Shown here piece after piece: positions 1 through 13,115 of a DNA stretch of 61,006 nt. Position numbers and translations under genes: made by a program. A model generated the notes under the pieces. That model made no database searches. It had not been told where the DNA came from and was given only the letters and a program-made list of their open reading frames with translations. Origin of the DNA: Octopus bimaculoides (taxonomy: Eukaryota); contig NC_069004.1 of the NCBI RefSeq assembly GCF_001194135.2, positions 12,387,376 through 12,448,381 of the forward strand. The letters are read 5' to 3'. How positions within the stretch are numbered: the stretch's first letter is position 1; each line of letters begins with the position of its first letter.

Positions 1-59
<59 letters not shown>

Positions 60-75
60 CACACACACACACACG
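1..75. repeat. (CA)n microsatellite
   Basis: Seen directly. Confidence 0.98.
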
Positions 76-228
76 TATGTGTTTGAAGGACATGAAGTTT
101 AATGTTAACCATATTCTTCGCATATTGGATGAGCGTTGGGTGGGGCTGTTGTAATTATCAAAACAGGACTGAGTTCTTAAAATAGGCTCAGTTGAAGGAT
201 CCATCTGTACAGTGTAAACTTTTACTAA

Positions 229-428
229 TCAACCATCACAATCATCATCATCATCATCATCATCATCATGACAATCATCATCATCATGACAATCATCATT
301 ATTATTACCATATTCATCATCATCATCACCAACCTCACTACCATAATCAAAATTATCATCATCACCACCATCACCATTGTAATCATTGTCACTATCAACA
401 TCACCATCATCATCATCATCATCATCCA
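229..428. repeat. Imperfect (CAT)n microsatellite
   Basis: Seen directly; source of the poly-His/Met/Asp ORFs. Confidence 0.95.
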
Positions 429-1232
429 TTCTATTAACAATACTCCTCTGTTGGTTCCCTTCATTGCCTTACCTTGCAATTATTATTTCCCTCTTTTTAA
501 CGAGATACTGTCTCTATCATCAAATAATTATCTAAACATGTTCCTTGTAATTCCATCCTGTTGGATTCCTTCAGCTTTTGCAGTACATCCACCATTCTCA
601 CTTCCACCTTATGGTACTTCTTTAAGCCTGCTATGTTTATTTTTTCACCCATCCCAGGCCCCACACTAGCCCCTATTTCCAGTTCTCTCACCTCACACAC
701 ACCAGAACCTCCATTATGTATCATTCCCTTCCCAGTATCCATATTTTTACTCTAGAGGTATGTTAAATTACATCACACTCTTCCAAGTTTTGGGGGTCCT
801 TTGAAAGCAATGGGCATGGCCTTGTCTTCTAGACCAATCCCTTATAAGTCTTACTTACTAGTAAGATCTGAAATTATTTCCTGCTATCCTCTTACCCAAA
901 ATCCCATTCAGCCTCTTCACAATGTCATGTACTCTGGACATGTTGCAACCTCTCGATATATTTCAATTACCCATGTGTTCTTTGGCTACTTGTAGATAGA
1001 GAGAGAGAAAGAGAAAGAGGAGAAAAGGGTCATTATTAAATAATTATAATAATAATCCTTTCTACTAAAGGCACAAGGCCTGAAATTTGGGGGAGGTAGA
1101 TAGTCGATTACAAACTCGATAGGATGAAAAGCAAAGTTGACCCTGGCAGAATTTGAACACAGAACATAAAGACAGACAAAATACCAGTAAGCATTTTACC
1201 CTGTGTGCTAATGATTCTGCCAGTTTGCTATC

Positions 1233-1265
<33 letters not shown>

Positions 1266-2824
1266 TAATAATAATAATAATGCCAATTATTGTTGCGTAT
1301 ATATGTCTGTTTTTTTGTGAATTCTCCCTTTATTCAGAACCACTACAATTGTTTCAACTCATCATGCACTGGTACTTACACATTTTTTTTATATAAACTC
1401 TACCGACAAAGGAATTGCTGAAGTAAATCCAGCATATACTTCCATAGTGTTGCTGACATCAGATAGCCAAATACTATGGACAGGCTTTAAACAACATACT
1501 ACAAGCTCTATACCTGAATATATAAAATTGTTACAATAAATTATTACTATATAAAGATATATATATATAACTTGTTTTACTTTTCATATTCTGTACAGTT
1601 TCAGTGAAATGTTGTATTCTAACAACTACAATGAAACCATATCTTTTACTCTAATTGCTAAAATCACATAAATAATTTATTAATTAGTAGGTAATTAACA
1701 CAACATTGCAGAAAGTAATTTTCTATCAAAACTTATATTTGCACTTGTAATTAGCTGAAAACTTAAATTCTGATAGATAATTACCTATTAATGAAGAAGT
1801 TTAATATAGCAGTGACTGACAATTTAAGAAGTATCAAACTTTGTTAAGTCTCCAGGCTAAAAAGAACAGATAATTACAGGAATTAACTGAGAAAAATCCA
1901 GGTAATTCTCTTTTGGGGGGATTTAAACTGGTGTTTGTATTGGCCAATATTGGTTTCAAATTTTGCCACAAGGCCAGCAAATTTAGTGGAGGAAATGAGT
2001 CAATTACATCAACTCTAGTGCTCAACTGGTACTTATTTTATCAAGTTGACCTGGGCAGAATTTGAACTCAAAACATAAAGATAGACAAAATGCCACTAAG
2101 CATTCTGCCTGGCGCAGTAACAGTTCTGCCACCTCACCGCCTTATGTTACATAAATATATATTCCTTTCTAAAATAGGGATAATGCCTGAAATTTTGGAG
2201 GTGGGGGCTAGTTGATTACATCAACTCCAGGGCTCAGCTGGTATTTATTTTATCGAATCCAAAAGGATTAAAGACAAAGTCAGCCTGGGTAGAATTTGAA
2301 CTCAGAGCGTAAAGACAGATGAAATGCTGCCAAGCATTTTGCCAGACATGCTAATGGTTCTGCCAGCTCACTGCCCTAATATTGCTTCCAATAATGTCTT
2401 GACAGTTAATTCTAATCCAAGAATGGTTAGATAATACATTATTGTCTAATCCAAGAATTGACAGTAGAAAAAAAAAATGGTGTTGAATTCCTTGATTTGA
2501 AAAGATTTTGGAAAGGATTACTGGAGATGAAGAACAGCTGTTACTTGTGCTTCATTATTCAACCATTGCCAACACTAAAGAGAAAGCATGGAAAAGTGAT
2601 GGTGGTAGCAGTAGTGGCAGTGGTAGAAGCTGCTGCTACCGCTGCAGGATCTATATTATGAATATACAGAAGAAAAATTAAACTTGTTTTAGCTCTTAGT
2701 AAGATAAACAAATCATTGCAGTTCATATGGAAAGCTTTTAACTCCTTTATTCATAATAGCATTAAATGTGCTAATATATTCATATATAGAGTGTCTTGTC
2801 TAAGGTTTGATACTATCGCATTCA

Positions 2825-2858
<34 letters not shown>

Positions 2859-3108
2859 GGCATCAGATGTCATATAGAGTAGAGTGTCTTGTCTAAATTG
2901 TAACCCTTTATTCATAACAGTAATGGTGTTAGATGTAGCAATGTATTCAAATAGATTAATCTCTTATCTCTTAGCATTCCTAAGTCCAATGATGTTAGAT
3001 GTATTGATGTGTTCATGTAGAGTAAAGTGTCTTGTCTAAAATTTTCGCCTGTTTCCAAGCAAAGTAATATTTCCCTCCATGGACAGACGTGTTTTCACAG
3101 AATATTGG

Positions 3109-3247
3109 AAATGAATGACACTGCTTGTATAACAGTGACACTCATTTACAACTATCACATGATGTGACAATAAGGAGGTACAAATGAATGACACTGCTTG
3201 TATAACAGTGACACTCATTTACAATGATGTCACAATAAGGAGATACA
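3109..3247 (+). repeat. 73-bp-period tandem duplication
   Basis: aaatgaatgacactgcttgtataacagtgacactcatttacaa at 3109 and 3182. Confidence 0.9.
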
Positions 3248-3430
3248 AACACACATGTTCACACACGATCCCATCCATGGATTTACAATATAGAATTTGA
3301 TGAACCATAACTTTGGATCGTACCAAAAGATTACCTGGAGTTCTTCACTTATGTAAGTAATATCGTTAGCCTGGTGTGTGGTGTTAGCCTTGTGAGTGGA
3401 TTTGGTTGACAGAAACTGAAAGAAGCCCGT

Positions 3431-3472
<42 letters not shown>

Positions 3473-5108
3473 CATACATATATATGACATCTGTAAAGAT
3501 TGGGTAGGGGTTAAGTACATGAGTGTTCATGCATTTAGGGGAAAGAGTGAGATTCATTCAACTAAAAGTTCAAGGTGGTGCTCCAGCATGAAACAAGTAA
3601 AAGAGGAAACATGATGATGATGATATACATGGTAAGCTTCTTACAGTTTCCCTCTCCTGAGTTCACTTACAATGTTGTGATTGGCTGTGGGCTATAGTAG
3701 AAGACACTTGCCCATGGTGCCAAGCAGTGGGACTGAACCCAGAACCATATGGTTGGGAAGTAAACTTCTTCACCACACATCTATCTATCTATCTATCTAT
3801 CACCTGCACACACACACACACATACATAGATATATATATACAAGCATGCATATACACATACACACTTATGCACACTCAGCCCCATATGTGGGGGGGGGTG
3901 AATATATGAGCTGTAGGCAGTTCTGGAAAGAAACCCATTTAATTCCAGTTGCCTGACCAAACTAAATTCAGTAAACCAGGCATTTTAGTGTTTAGCCTAC
4001 AGCTAAATGTAAGCTGATATTTGATTGGTTGGCTATTCTCATACAGAAATGGCTAACCATTGCTGTTAGTAAACCATGGGAAAATAATTAAACCACATAA
4101 TCAGGATTTCAAACCGGAGGGGTGCAAGTCACATGATTCAGTTTGGATGGCCACATATATTACTCAAAATTTTATTTCCAATTCTTAATTATAGTTATTT
4201 AATTATTAGATTGCTTGTGTTCATTAAACATTAAATATTTACTTCTGTTTATGATTAATTGCTTTTTGTAAACCATTTTTGCTTATATTTTATTATTTAT
4301 TTAATAATAAGACTAATGAAGGCAGCGCACTTGCAGAATTGTTAGCACGCCAGACAGAATGCTTTGTGGTATTTTGTCCATCTTTATGTTCTGAGTTCAA
4401 ATTCCGCCCTAGTCAACTTTGCCTTTCATTCTTTTAGGGTCAATAAAATAAGTACCAGTTGAACACTGGGGTTGATGTAATCACTACACCTCCCTCGAAA
4501 CTGCTGGCCTTGTGCCAAAATTTGAAACCAATATTAAGACTAATTAAGGCAGCAAGCAGGCAGAATCTAGCACAGTGGGCAAAATTTTTAATGGTGTTTT
4601 GTCCATTTTTACATTCAGAGTTCAAATTCCACCGAGGTTGTCTTTGCCTTTCATACTCTCAGGATCAATAAAATAAGTACCAGTTTATTTTTTATCACCT
4701 CAAGAGGAATGAAGGCAAAAGAAGAAAATCCCATCAAGGTTAACTTCCCCTTTTATCCCTTGTGGGTCAATAAAATAAAGCAATAGTCAAGTACTGGGGG
4801 GGGTTGAGTTAATCAACTAACCACTTCCCCCTAAAACAATTGCTAGCCTTGCGTCAAAATTAAAAACAATTTTTAAATTATTACCTCCACCTTAGCAAAG
4901 GCGGAGGTATTGTTTTTAGTCCCCCCCCCTCTCAAAATTGTTGATCTTTTTGCCTAAACTAGAAGCCATTGTTATTTATTTATTTATTATTTGCTTCCAT
5001 TTCTGTTTCATCATCATCAGCAGCAGCAACATTTTCTGTTTGTAGACTGTCAAATACAAACACTCTCACACATGCACACACACTCACATGTATATATGCA
5101 CAAACACA

Positions 5109-5147
<39 letters not shown>

Positions 5148-5638
5148 GCATGCACATACACACACACATGTATGCGCGCACACACTCACACACACACATG
5201 TATGTGCACAGAAAGGGCTTCTTTCAGTTTCCATCTGTCACTCACAAAATTTTGGTTTGTCCAGTGCTATAATAGAATATACTTACACAATGTGCCACAA
5301 CCGAAAACTACATAGTTGTGTAGTAAAATTCTAATTCATTGCATCAACTCCTTTATAATTTAATATTTACTTCTTTCCATTTGTGCCATGTCTAATAAAT
5401 CTAGTTACCATTCCTTAAGCAGTTCAGTCATCATTTAACGTCCATGTTTCACACTGGCATGGGTTGGACAGTTACCTCTCTCTTTTAGTAGACCTTGCTT
5501 CCTTTCTAGAATTGTGAGCCAAAGTTGTTGCCATCCACCTTCACCTCAATCCTACGCTCTGGCCAATTAAAATCAATAACTTTTCCAAACAAGCTGAATC
5601 TCTTCAATTAACTCTCATCAATAATGTTCAATACTTCT

Positions 5639-5686
<48 letters not shown>

Positions 5687-6364
5687 ATTATTTTCTTAGA
5701 TACATCTGCTTTCTTTTCCATCTAATCAATCAATACTTTATCGTTTAAGAGATGTATAAATCATATCAACATATCTATATATATACACACACAATCATAC
5801 ATATACACACACATTACACAATAATCTCAAAACCAACTCTACTTTTCCCCATGCTTTCATTTACCAATTCTATCAAAAAATTCTTCTGCTAACAACCAAA
5901 TATCCATAACAATTCTTGTTTCAGACACTCAGACACTTTTGCTCTTTGGTTCTTCATTTACATAAGCCATAAATATTTCCAACTTCCTCACCATTTTAAG
6001 ATATTTATTCCATTAAAAGATACACTATCTATAAAATCAGCTCTTCATTTCTTGAAAAATAAAATTATTATCTTTCTCCGTAAAGTGTATCAAATCTTTA
6101 TCAGAACTCTTTCTACTATTTCTTAATTCATTGGTTATTGTAGAACCGTGTGTCGATACAGTGCGGCCTAAGGGACAAGGTAGTGGACAATCAGATTCAA
6201 GGATTCAGTGCTCAAACATGTTGCAAATATTTTATTGAGTTTTTGGACAAAAGACTTGAATTTTGATGGGGAAAATCTATGATTCCAAACAGAAGTGATA
6301 TAGAGGAGCACTGGTAGCTGTTATTTTTGCCAAGTGAATGGTTGGTGTCTGTTGGCTATAACAC

Positions 6365-6724
6365 TTTTACTTGTTTCACTCATTTGACTGTGGCCATGCT
6401 GGAGCACCGCCTCTAGTCGAGCAAATCGACCCCAAGACTTATTCTTTGTAAGCCTAGTACTTATTCTATCGGTCTCTTTTGCCAAACCGCTAAGTTACGG
6501 GTACGTAAACATACCAGCATCGTTTGTCAAGCGATGTTGGGGGGACAAACACAGATACACAAACATACACACACACATACATACATATATATATATATAC
6601 ATATATACGACGGGCTTCTTTCAGTTTCCATCTACCAAATCCACTCACAAGGCTTTGGTCGGCCCGAGGCTATAGTAGAAGACACTTGCCCAAAGTGCCA
6701 CGGAGTGGGACTGAACCCGAAACA
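6365..6724 (-). mobile_element. Family A SINE lacking the extreme 5' end
   Basis: Aligns over about 360 bp with 50517-50913. Confidence 0.85.
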
Positions 6725-7377
6725 CTGTGTAACAAAATTTTTTTTTCTTCTTTCCTTGGTCAGTATGTATTATTTTCTACTTGATTTCTATCTAGAATCC
6801 AAAGGAAATGACTACTATTCTGTTAAAACTTTGCTTTGGTGACTTGGGCATCAATATTTTGAAACTGACCTCTTTCCCATTACATTTTAGACAGATTCAG
6901 CACTGAGTTGCTGAAGCAGAAATATCATTATGGCAAATATTCTGTTCAATACCACAGATTTGCTTGTCACTTGGTTGACCCTTAACCACTTGAGCATGTT
7001 CATTAGTGGCTGGCAATATGTGCATCTCTGATGATGAGCAGGAGTAGTGGGGGAGCATCATAGCCATGTGTTGTGAGGGATTCTTTGGGGTTTTAAAAAA
7101 TGTAACAAAGGCAAAGTTTGAAGGGAATATTAGCCATTTTCGTACTTTCTAGTGGGGAGCAAATAGGAAATAACAGTTGCTACCCATGGACCAAATTTGT
7201 GTTGCAGAGTTTAATTGTATAGTTACAATTAAATCAATGTACCAGTGAAGAAATTTATCATTTTTCATTTTCTTTTTGTTTTTGTTTTTTAACAAAAGAT
7301 GAATAAAATCAGTTATTGATTTGTAAATGTAATATAATGAAGAAATGAAAAAGATGGATTTGACATTTGCTAACCCC

Positions 7378-8390
7378 CTTCTTCATTGATGTGAGACTCT
7401 GTTCAAGGAGAGAGAAAGCGCTGGAGAAGAAAGTGATAGGTTTGTTATCCTGTTAAAGGACACCAGAAACTGTAATTCAAGAATCTTCAAACTCAACAGA
7501 TTGTGGAACTTGAAGTAAGATAGGTGACAGAGAGGTTTTTGAAGTTTTAAGTAGATGAACAGCATCTTGGAGACATTTCTTTTTTCTATGGAAATGTAGA
7601 ATTTAGCAGGAATTTTATTGGTTATGAGAAGTGCAAAGCCTATTGAGAGAAATAAACAAACATACCTGGTAGTTGCTGTCATTGTTTAAGCAGAGCTTGG
7701 CATTGGATAATCAATGGGGGTAGGCATGTAGCAGATAAGTATTTTACTTTTGTCTCCAAGGTAACAAATGGATGCTCCACACCGCTAATTGTTGATGTTC
7801 AATGTAATGTCAATAGTGTTTGTAAACTGAAATAAATACACTCAAGTGTTCATCATCTTTTCATGCTTCTCCTATGGTTTACCAACAACATCGACATCAT
7901 CATTAAGGTAGGTGTGAAACGCCCTTAATACTGTTTGTTGTTGGTGATTCTACCGGGCATCACTCTTTGAATGGCTCTTAGGGCATTAGCCACACCAAAT
8001 ACTAACCTTTTAAACTAAAACACACATCCATCAGCTTCAAATACTGTATTACATTTCTGTAAATCTTTGTATTGTTGTTGGAGTATGGGATCTGGTGATT
8101 TGCTGCTTTCTGGTTACATTGAATTACCAGAGACAAAGCACAGGTGATTTTCAAAAGTTGGAGAGTGAATAGGGATTGAGTAAGTAGTAGGGATCTGTTG
8201 TTTGTAAGGAGCCAACAAGGTAATGTTTGCCACTGTTTCTTATTACAATGCTTTGTGTTTGTTATAAAGGGCCTGAGAGTCCAATGGTGCCACACCATCA
8301 AGAAGCTGTTTTGTCTGTTTCTTAAACTTTTTCGTCAGGTGGAGAAAGATTGTGAGATTTAGTCGTGGTTGGGTTTGAAATCCTGGTTTA
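7378..8390 (-). mobile_element. Decayed Ty3/Gypsy LTR-retrotransposon pol (RT plus RNase H)
   Basis: Motifs in the correct order across stops and frameshifts: TTKSHNLSPPDEK, QKAANHQIP (cf. DLKSAYHQIP), TVFEADGCVF*FKRLVFGVANALRAIQRVM, HTYLNDDV (YLDD), GMFVYFSQ, SVEFEDS*ITVSGVL*QDNKPITFFSSAF (cf. VETDAS...Q.GRPVAFFSR). Confidence 0.8.
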
Positions 8391-9253
8391 AGATGGGGGT
8401 CACCAACAAAAGAACAAGTTAAACAACTGCAAGATTATGATTTTTAAGGATCGTCTAGGTTTAAAATATAAAGGAATCCTGTCTTTTATGGGAGTCGGGT
8501 CCAATCCCAGATTTATAGACAAATATGAGTTTAGCAAAATGCTAAAATATACCTTTCCATACAGTGTGTGTGTGCATGCATGCGTGTGTGTGTGCATGCA
8601 TGCGTGTGTGTGTGCATGTACACACACACACCCACACACAAAAACGCATATATATATATACACACACACATGTGGCTGCATGGTTAAGAAACTTACTTCC
8701 TAACCATGTGCTTCTCAGTTCAATCTTACTATGTAGCACCTTGGGCAAGGATTTCTACAATAGTGTCAGGTTGACCAAAGCCTTGTCAGTGGATTTAGTT
8801 TGATGGAAACTGAAAGAAGCCTGTTACATCTTTTTAGTTGTTTCAGTCATTGGACTACATCCATGCTGGGGCACCACTTTGAAGGGATTTTTTTAGTTGA
8901 ACAAATCAGACCCAGTACATATTTTTTTTTAAAGTCTAGTAGTTATTCTGTTGACCTCTTTTGCCACACTGCTAAGTTATAGGGACGTACAACATTGAGA
9001 GTCAAGTAGTGGAGCTATGGTGGGGAAGACACCCATGCTCATGCCACCCAGTTCATTCTGTAAAGCGGTTGGTATTAGGAAGGGCATCCAGCCATAAGAA
9101 CCATGCCCAGACAGTGAAGCACAGAAATTATACCTTCATCTAAATGTCGACTTCTTCTAGATGGCACCAATACACTCATTAACAAGACACCCTCATTTTC
9201 TGCTGTGGTTTCAGCAACAATAAGAAGGTGAGGAGCATGTCTGCTAAACCTAC

Positions 9254-9343
9254 ATTTCTCTGAGCAACTTCCAGAGAATGAGCTTGGCTGATTATCTGTT
9301 CCAAATTCAATACTGAGTCCTGAAGGAACATTTGTTGAATTTG
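9254..9343 (-). mobile_element. Probable gag remnant of the same Gypsy element
   Basis: Reads QIQQMFLQDSVLNLEQIISQAHSLEVAQRN, resembling the gag motif IRQRLLE..LTL..A..QARSLE.AQ.N. Same strand as, and upstream of, the pol remnant. SINE fragments lie between them. Confidence 0.5.
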
Positions 9344-9830
9344 TTAATGTTTGCAGTAAAAACATGGTTATGAGCAGAGCCAGGCATTTTGGTTTTAATA
9401 TTTAAAACATTAAATTCTGCCAAGGTCAACTTTACCTTTCATCCTTAAAATAAGTGCCAGTTATCACAGGGATCAATGTAATAGACTCAGTCCCTCCCCC
9501 AAACTTGCTGGCGTTGTGCCAAAATTTGAAACCATTATTTAAAACATTAACATCTCTGAAGGTCCTCAAGGGTCAGGTAAGGGGCCAGTATTAAACAGGG
9601 TAGCAGTATGTTATGATGAGGTTCCTGACTTTTGGTTGAACTTAAACAATGAATACAAAATGAAATAATTCCAACTAGACGTGAAAATGGTTTATTGATT
9701 CCATCCTAGAATGTTTACCATTTCTTTAAGGTTTGATCTTAGAACTGCCACAGCAATCAGTTTGTGTCTAGTTCTGTTAACTAGAATTGAACACCTGACA
9801 ACAGGGTGAAGTCTATTCTGCAAGGATTAA

Positions 9831-10052
9831 CTTTTTAGCATTTAAACCAGCCATATCTGGCCCAAATATTCTGCTTGTTTTATGTTCAAACTAGCCAGAT
9901 CTGGCTTTTCACACTTACCCAACAATGTTATTCCAAAAATGAAGCATTCTCATCATCGAAACCTCAAAGCTACAAGATAAAGCATTGTTAATTCTAAACA
10001 AATGCAAATAGATACGCATTACACTTGACAGAATAATTTGAATACTGAAGAA
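9831..10052. mobile_element. TTAA-flanked MITE (piggyBac-like), family 1
   Basis: TTAA at 9827-9830 and 10053-10056; degenerate termini. Reverse-complement homologue of 22761-22982. Confidence 0.75.
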
Positions 10053-10949
10053 TTAAAGATAAATTGCCCTAGCAATCAGTTTGTCTCTAGTTTTGTCAAC
10101 TGGAATTGAACACCTGACCACAGGGTGAAATCTCTTCTCTTAGGATTAAAGACAAATTTAAAGCATTTCACTCGACTGTATTTTACTTAGTAATCTGAAC
10201 TACATGAGTTAATCAATGAATGTGTTTGATCTCTTATTCATTGATTTGTAACATTGAAAAATTTTGCTGGGAGGTGTTTTTGTATCCATTGATCTCAGAA
10301 TACGACTGATATTGATTTTATTGATCATCAAAAGAATGAAAGACAAAAGTCAACCATAGAAAGATTTGAACTCTGGATGTAAATGTGACTAAATACTTCA
10401 TTGCATTTGGTCTGAGGCTCCAAAGATTCTACTCTGTATTAATTACCCTATTTAATTATTGGTTTCAAAGTGCTAGTGTGGAGGGGAAGGCTAGTCACTT
10501 ACATCAATCCTGGTGCTCAACTGGTTTTTATTTAATCGATCCAGAAAGGATGAAAGGCCAAGTCGACCCTGATGGCATTTGATCTCAGAACATAAAGACA
10601 GACAAAATACCATTGAGCATTTTGCCCCGTGTAGTAACAATTTTGCCAGCTTACCACCCTTATCCTATTTAATTATTGATTAACTTTTGCTGTAGAATTA
10701 ACGAGACTGATGAACTAAACCAGACTTGTGAGTCTAATTCAGTTTTTTTAATCTTTGCTTTTTCATATTTACATCATTAATAATATCAATTTGGTTTTCA
10801 TACCTGTTCTCTCTTATGACCACAAATGTGCAACAACTGAGATAGAACAGTTGCTAAGTTACAAGGATGTAAACACATCAGCATCAGTTGTCAAGTGATG
10901 GTGGGGGCAAACAGACACACACAAATATATATATATATATATATATATA

Positions 10950-11448
10950 CTAGCAGAAATACCCAGCATTGCCCGGGTTAAAGAGAATAATGAAATCTAA
11001 AAACGCCGTCTAGACTACGCATCATCTTTATATATAGAGATGTATATACACACACGCACCCAAACACACGTATATATATGTATATCAATATAAATATATG
11101 AAAGTCAATGAAGTTTCGTAAAAGAAGGTGATCATGTACATACTTTCTTGCTGTTGTGATTATAACACCTCATTGTAAACTATGTTCCTTGTTTTCCCTT
11201 GTGGAGCATATACAAATAGGTTTTTTGTTGCTGCCCACTCTTGAGCAGCCAACATACAGTTGTCCATGTGAGAAGCAGGGCTCTTCCAAGAGAAGACCAG
11301 CTACAGACAGTGTTTGACCCTGATATTTGTTTATGGACATGGCAAAAGTCACACGAAGGGGGAATTGTAGTCTTCTGAATGTAAAAGGAATGTCTGCTCC
11401 TGATGGAGTAAGAGGAATTCTTGGAATAAAGACGTCAGATATCCAACA
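10950..11448 (-). mobile_element. Helitron 3' fragment (PIF1-type helicase C-terminus, 3' UTR, terminal hairpin, CTAG)
   Basis: 11436 to 11160 reads DVFIPRIPLTPSGADIPFTFRRLQFPLRVTFAMSINKYQGQTLSVAGLLLEEPCFSHGQLYVGCSRVGSNK, then one frameshift in an A-run, then NLFVYAPQGKTRNIVYNEVL*. Hairpin ACCCGGGCAATGCTGGGT at 10961-10978; CTAG|T end at 10950-10953. Confidence 0.9.
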
Positions 11449-11467
11449 GACTTCTTTTATAGTTTCT

Positions 11468-11662
11468 TATTTCTTTATTGCCCACAAGGGGCTAAACATA
11501 GAGGGGACAAACAAGGACAGACAAAGGGATTAAGTCGATTAGATCAACCCCGAAAGGATGAAAGCAAAGTCGACCTCGGCAGAATTTGAGCTCAGAACGT
11601 AACGGCAGATGAAATACCGCTAAGCATTTCACCCGGCATGCTAATGTTTCTGCCAGCTCGCT
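11468..11662 (-). mobile_element. Family B SINE with 19-bp TSD
   Basis: gacttcttttatagtttct at 11449-11467 and 11663-11681. Confidence 0.85.
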
Positions 11663-12299
11663 GACTTCTTTTATAGTTTCTGTCTACCAAATCCACTCAC
11701 AAGTCTTTGGTTGACCTGAGGCTATAGTAAAAGAGACTTGCCCAAGGTGCCATGCAGTGGGACTGAACCCGGAACTGTGTGGTTGGGAAGCAAGGTTCTT
11801 ACGACACAGCCACACCCGCACCTATTTCACTCAACCTTTTATTAAATCCTTAATTTTTTTTTTTTATTATTTAATGACGAGACAGTGGTGGACAGTGCTT
11901 CTAACAGTTGCAGGATCTTCTAGAGCAGTAAGATTAATGGAACCAGTGTCTCACCTGAATATTTCTTAAGTCAATGTCTGAAAGAAAAAAATAGTAACTG
12001 ATACACCTGAATTATTGCCAACGGCAGTAAGACCTTCATTGCTCTGATCTGATTTAAGGTTGGTGCCATCTGGTCTAATTCCATTTAGATATTGATTTGT
12101 CCTTTCTTATATCTTGAAATATTCAAGGAAACCTTGGTCTGTATAATGAATCGCAACTCAACTAATTTATGCTGTGGCAGCTTATGGTGTTTGTGAAACC
12201 TTATATCTTGTGTTCCACATTATTAGTTTTATGGAGCAACCAGTATTTCTTTGACTAACTTATTACCACCGCCATCACTACCACACCTCCACCCCTCAT

Positions 12300-12438
12300 C
12301 CATTCTCTCTCTCTCTCTCTCTCTGTATATATATGTGTGTGTGTGTATGTGTATATATGTATGTGTGTGTATGTGTATGTATGTGTGTGTGTATATATGT
12401 ATGTGTGTGTATGTGTATATACGTGTGTGTGTGTGTGT

Positions 12439-12489
<51 letters not shown>

Positions 12490-12597
12490 TGTATGTATAT
12501 ATATATATGTGTGTGTGTATATGTATGTGTGTGTATATGTGTATATGTATGTATATATATGTATGTGTGTGTATATGTGTATACGTATGTGTGCATG

Positions 12598-12628
<31 letters not shown>

Positions 12629-13115
12629 GTGTATATGTATATATATATGTATGTGTGCGTGTATATATGTGTATATGTATATATATGTATGTGTGCNNNN
12701 NNNNNNNNNNNNNNNNNNNNNNNNNNNNNNNNNNNNNNNNNNNNNNNNNNNNNNNNNNNNNNNNNNNNNNNNNNNNNNNNNNNNNNNNNNNNNNNNNNNN
12801 NNNNNNNNNNNNNNNNNNNNNNNNNNNNNNNNNNNNNNNNNNNNNNNNNNNNNNNNNNNNNNNNNNNNNNNNNNNNNNNNNNNNNNNNNNNNNNNNNNNN
12901 NNNNNNNNNNNNNNNNNNNNNNNNNNNNNNNNNNNNNNNNNNNNNNNNNNNNNNNNNNNNNNNNNNNNNNNNNNNNNNNNNNNNNNNNNNNNNNNNNNNN
13001 NNNNNNNNNNNNNNNNNNNNNNNNNNNNNNNNNNNNNNNNNNNNNNNNNNNNNNNNNNNNNNNNNNNNNNNNNNNNNNNNNNNNNNNNATATATATGCAT
13101 GTGCATGTGTGTGAT
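12300..13115. repeat. (CT)n plus compound (TA/TG)n microsatellite with gap
   Basis: Seen directly. Confidence 0.95.

Larger units (their letters stand above)
10800..11830 (-). mobile_element. Family A SINE interrupted by the Helitron and a family B SINE
   Basis: SINE A sequence stops at the (TA)n (about 10950) and resumes at 11663-11822. Confidence 0.7.

Noticed and set aside
192-669. Poly-His/Met/Asp/Ile ORFs
   Set aside because: Translations of a (CAT)n microsatellite in several frames. The same applies at 47.2-47.5, 49.0-49.9 and 52.2-52.4 kb.
9075-9365. 96-aa minus ORF that looked like a phase-1 exon (GLSIEFGTDNQP...)
   Set aside because: The adjacent frame matches a Gypsy gag motif and is colinear with the pol remnant, and the ORF end runs into a repeat.
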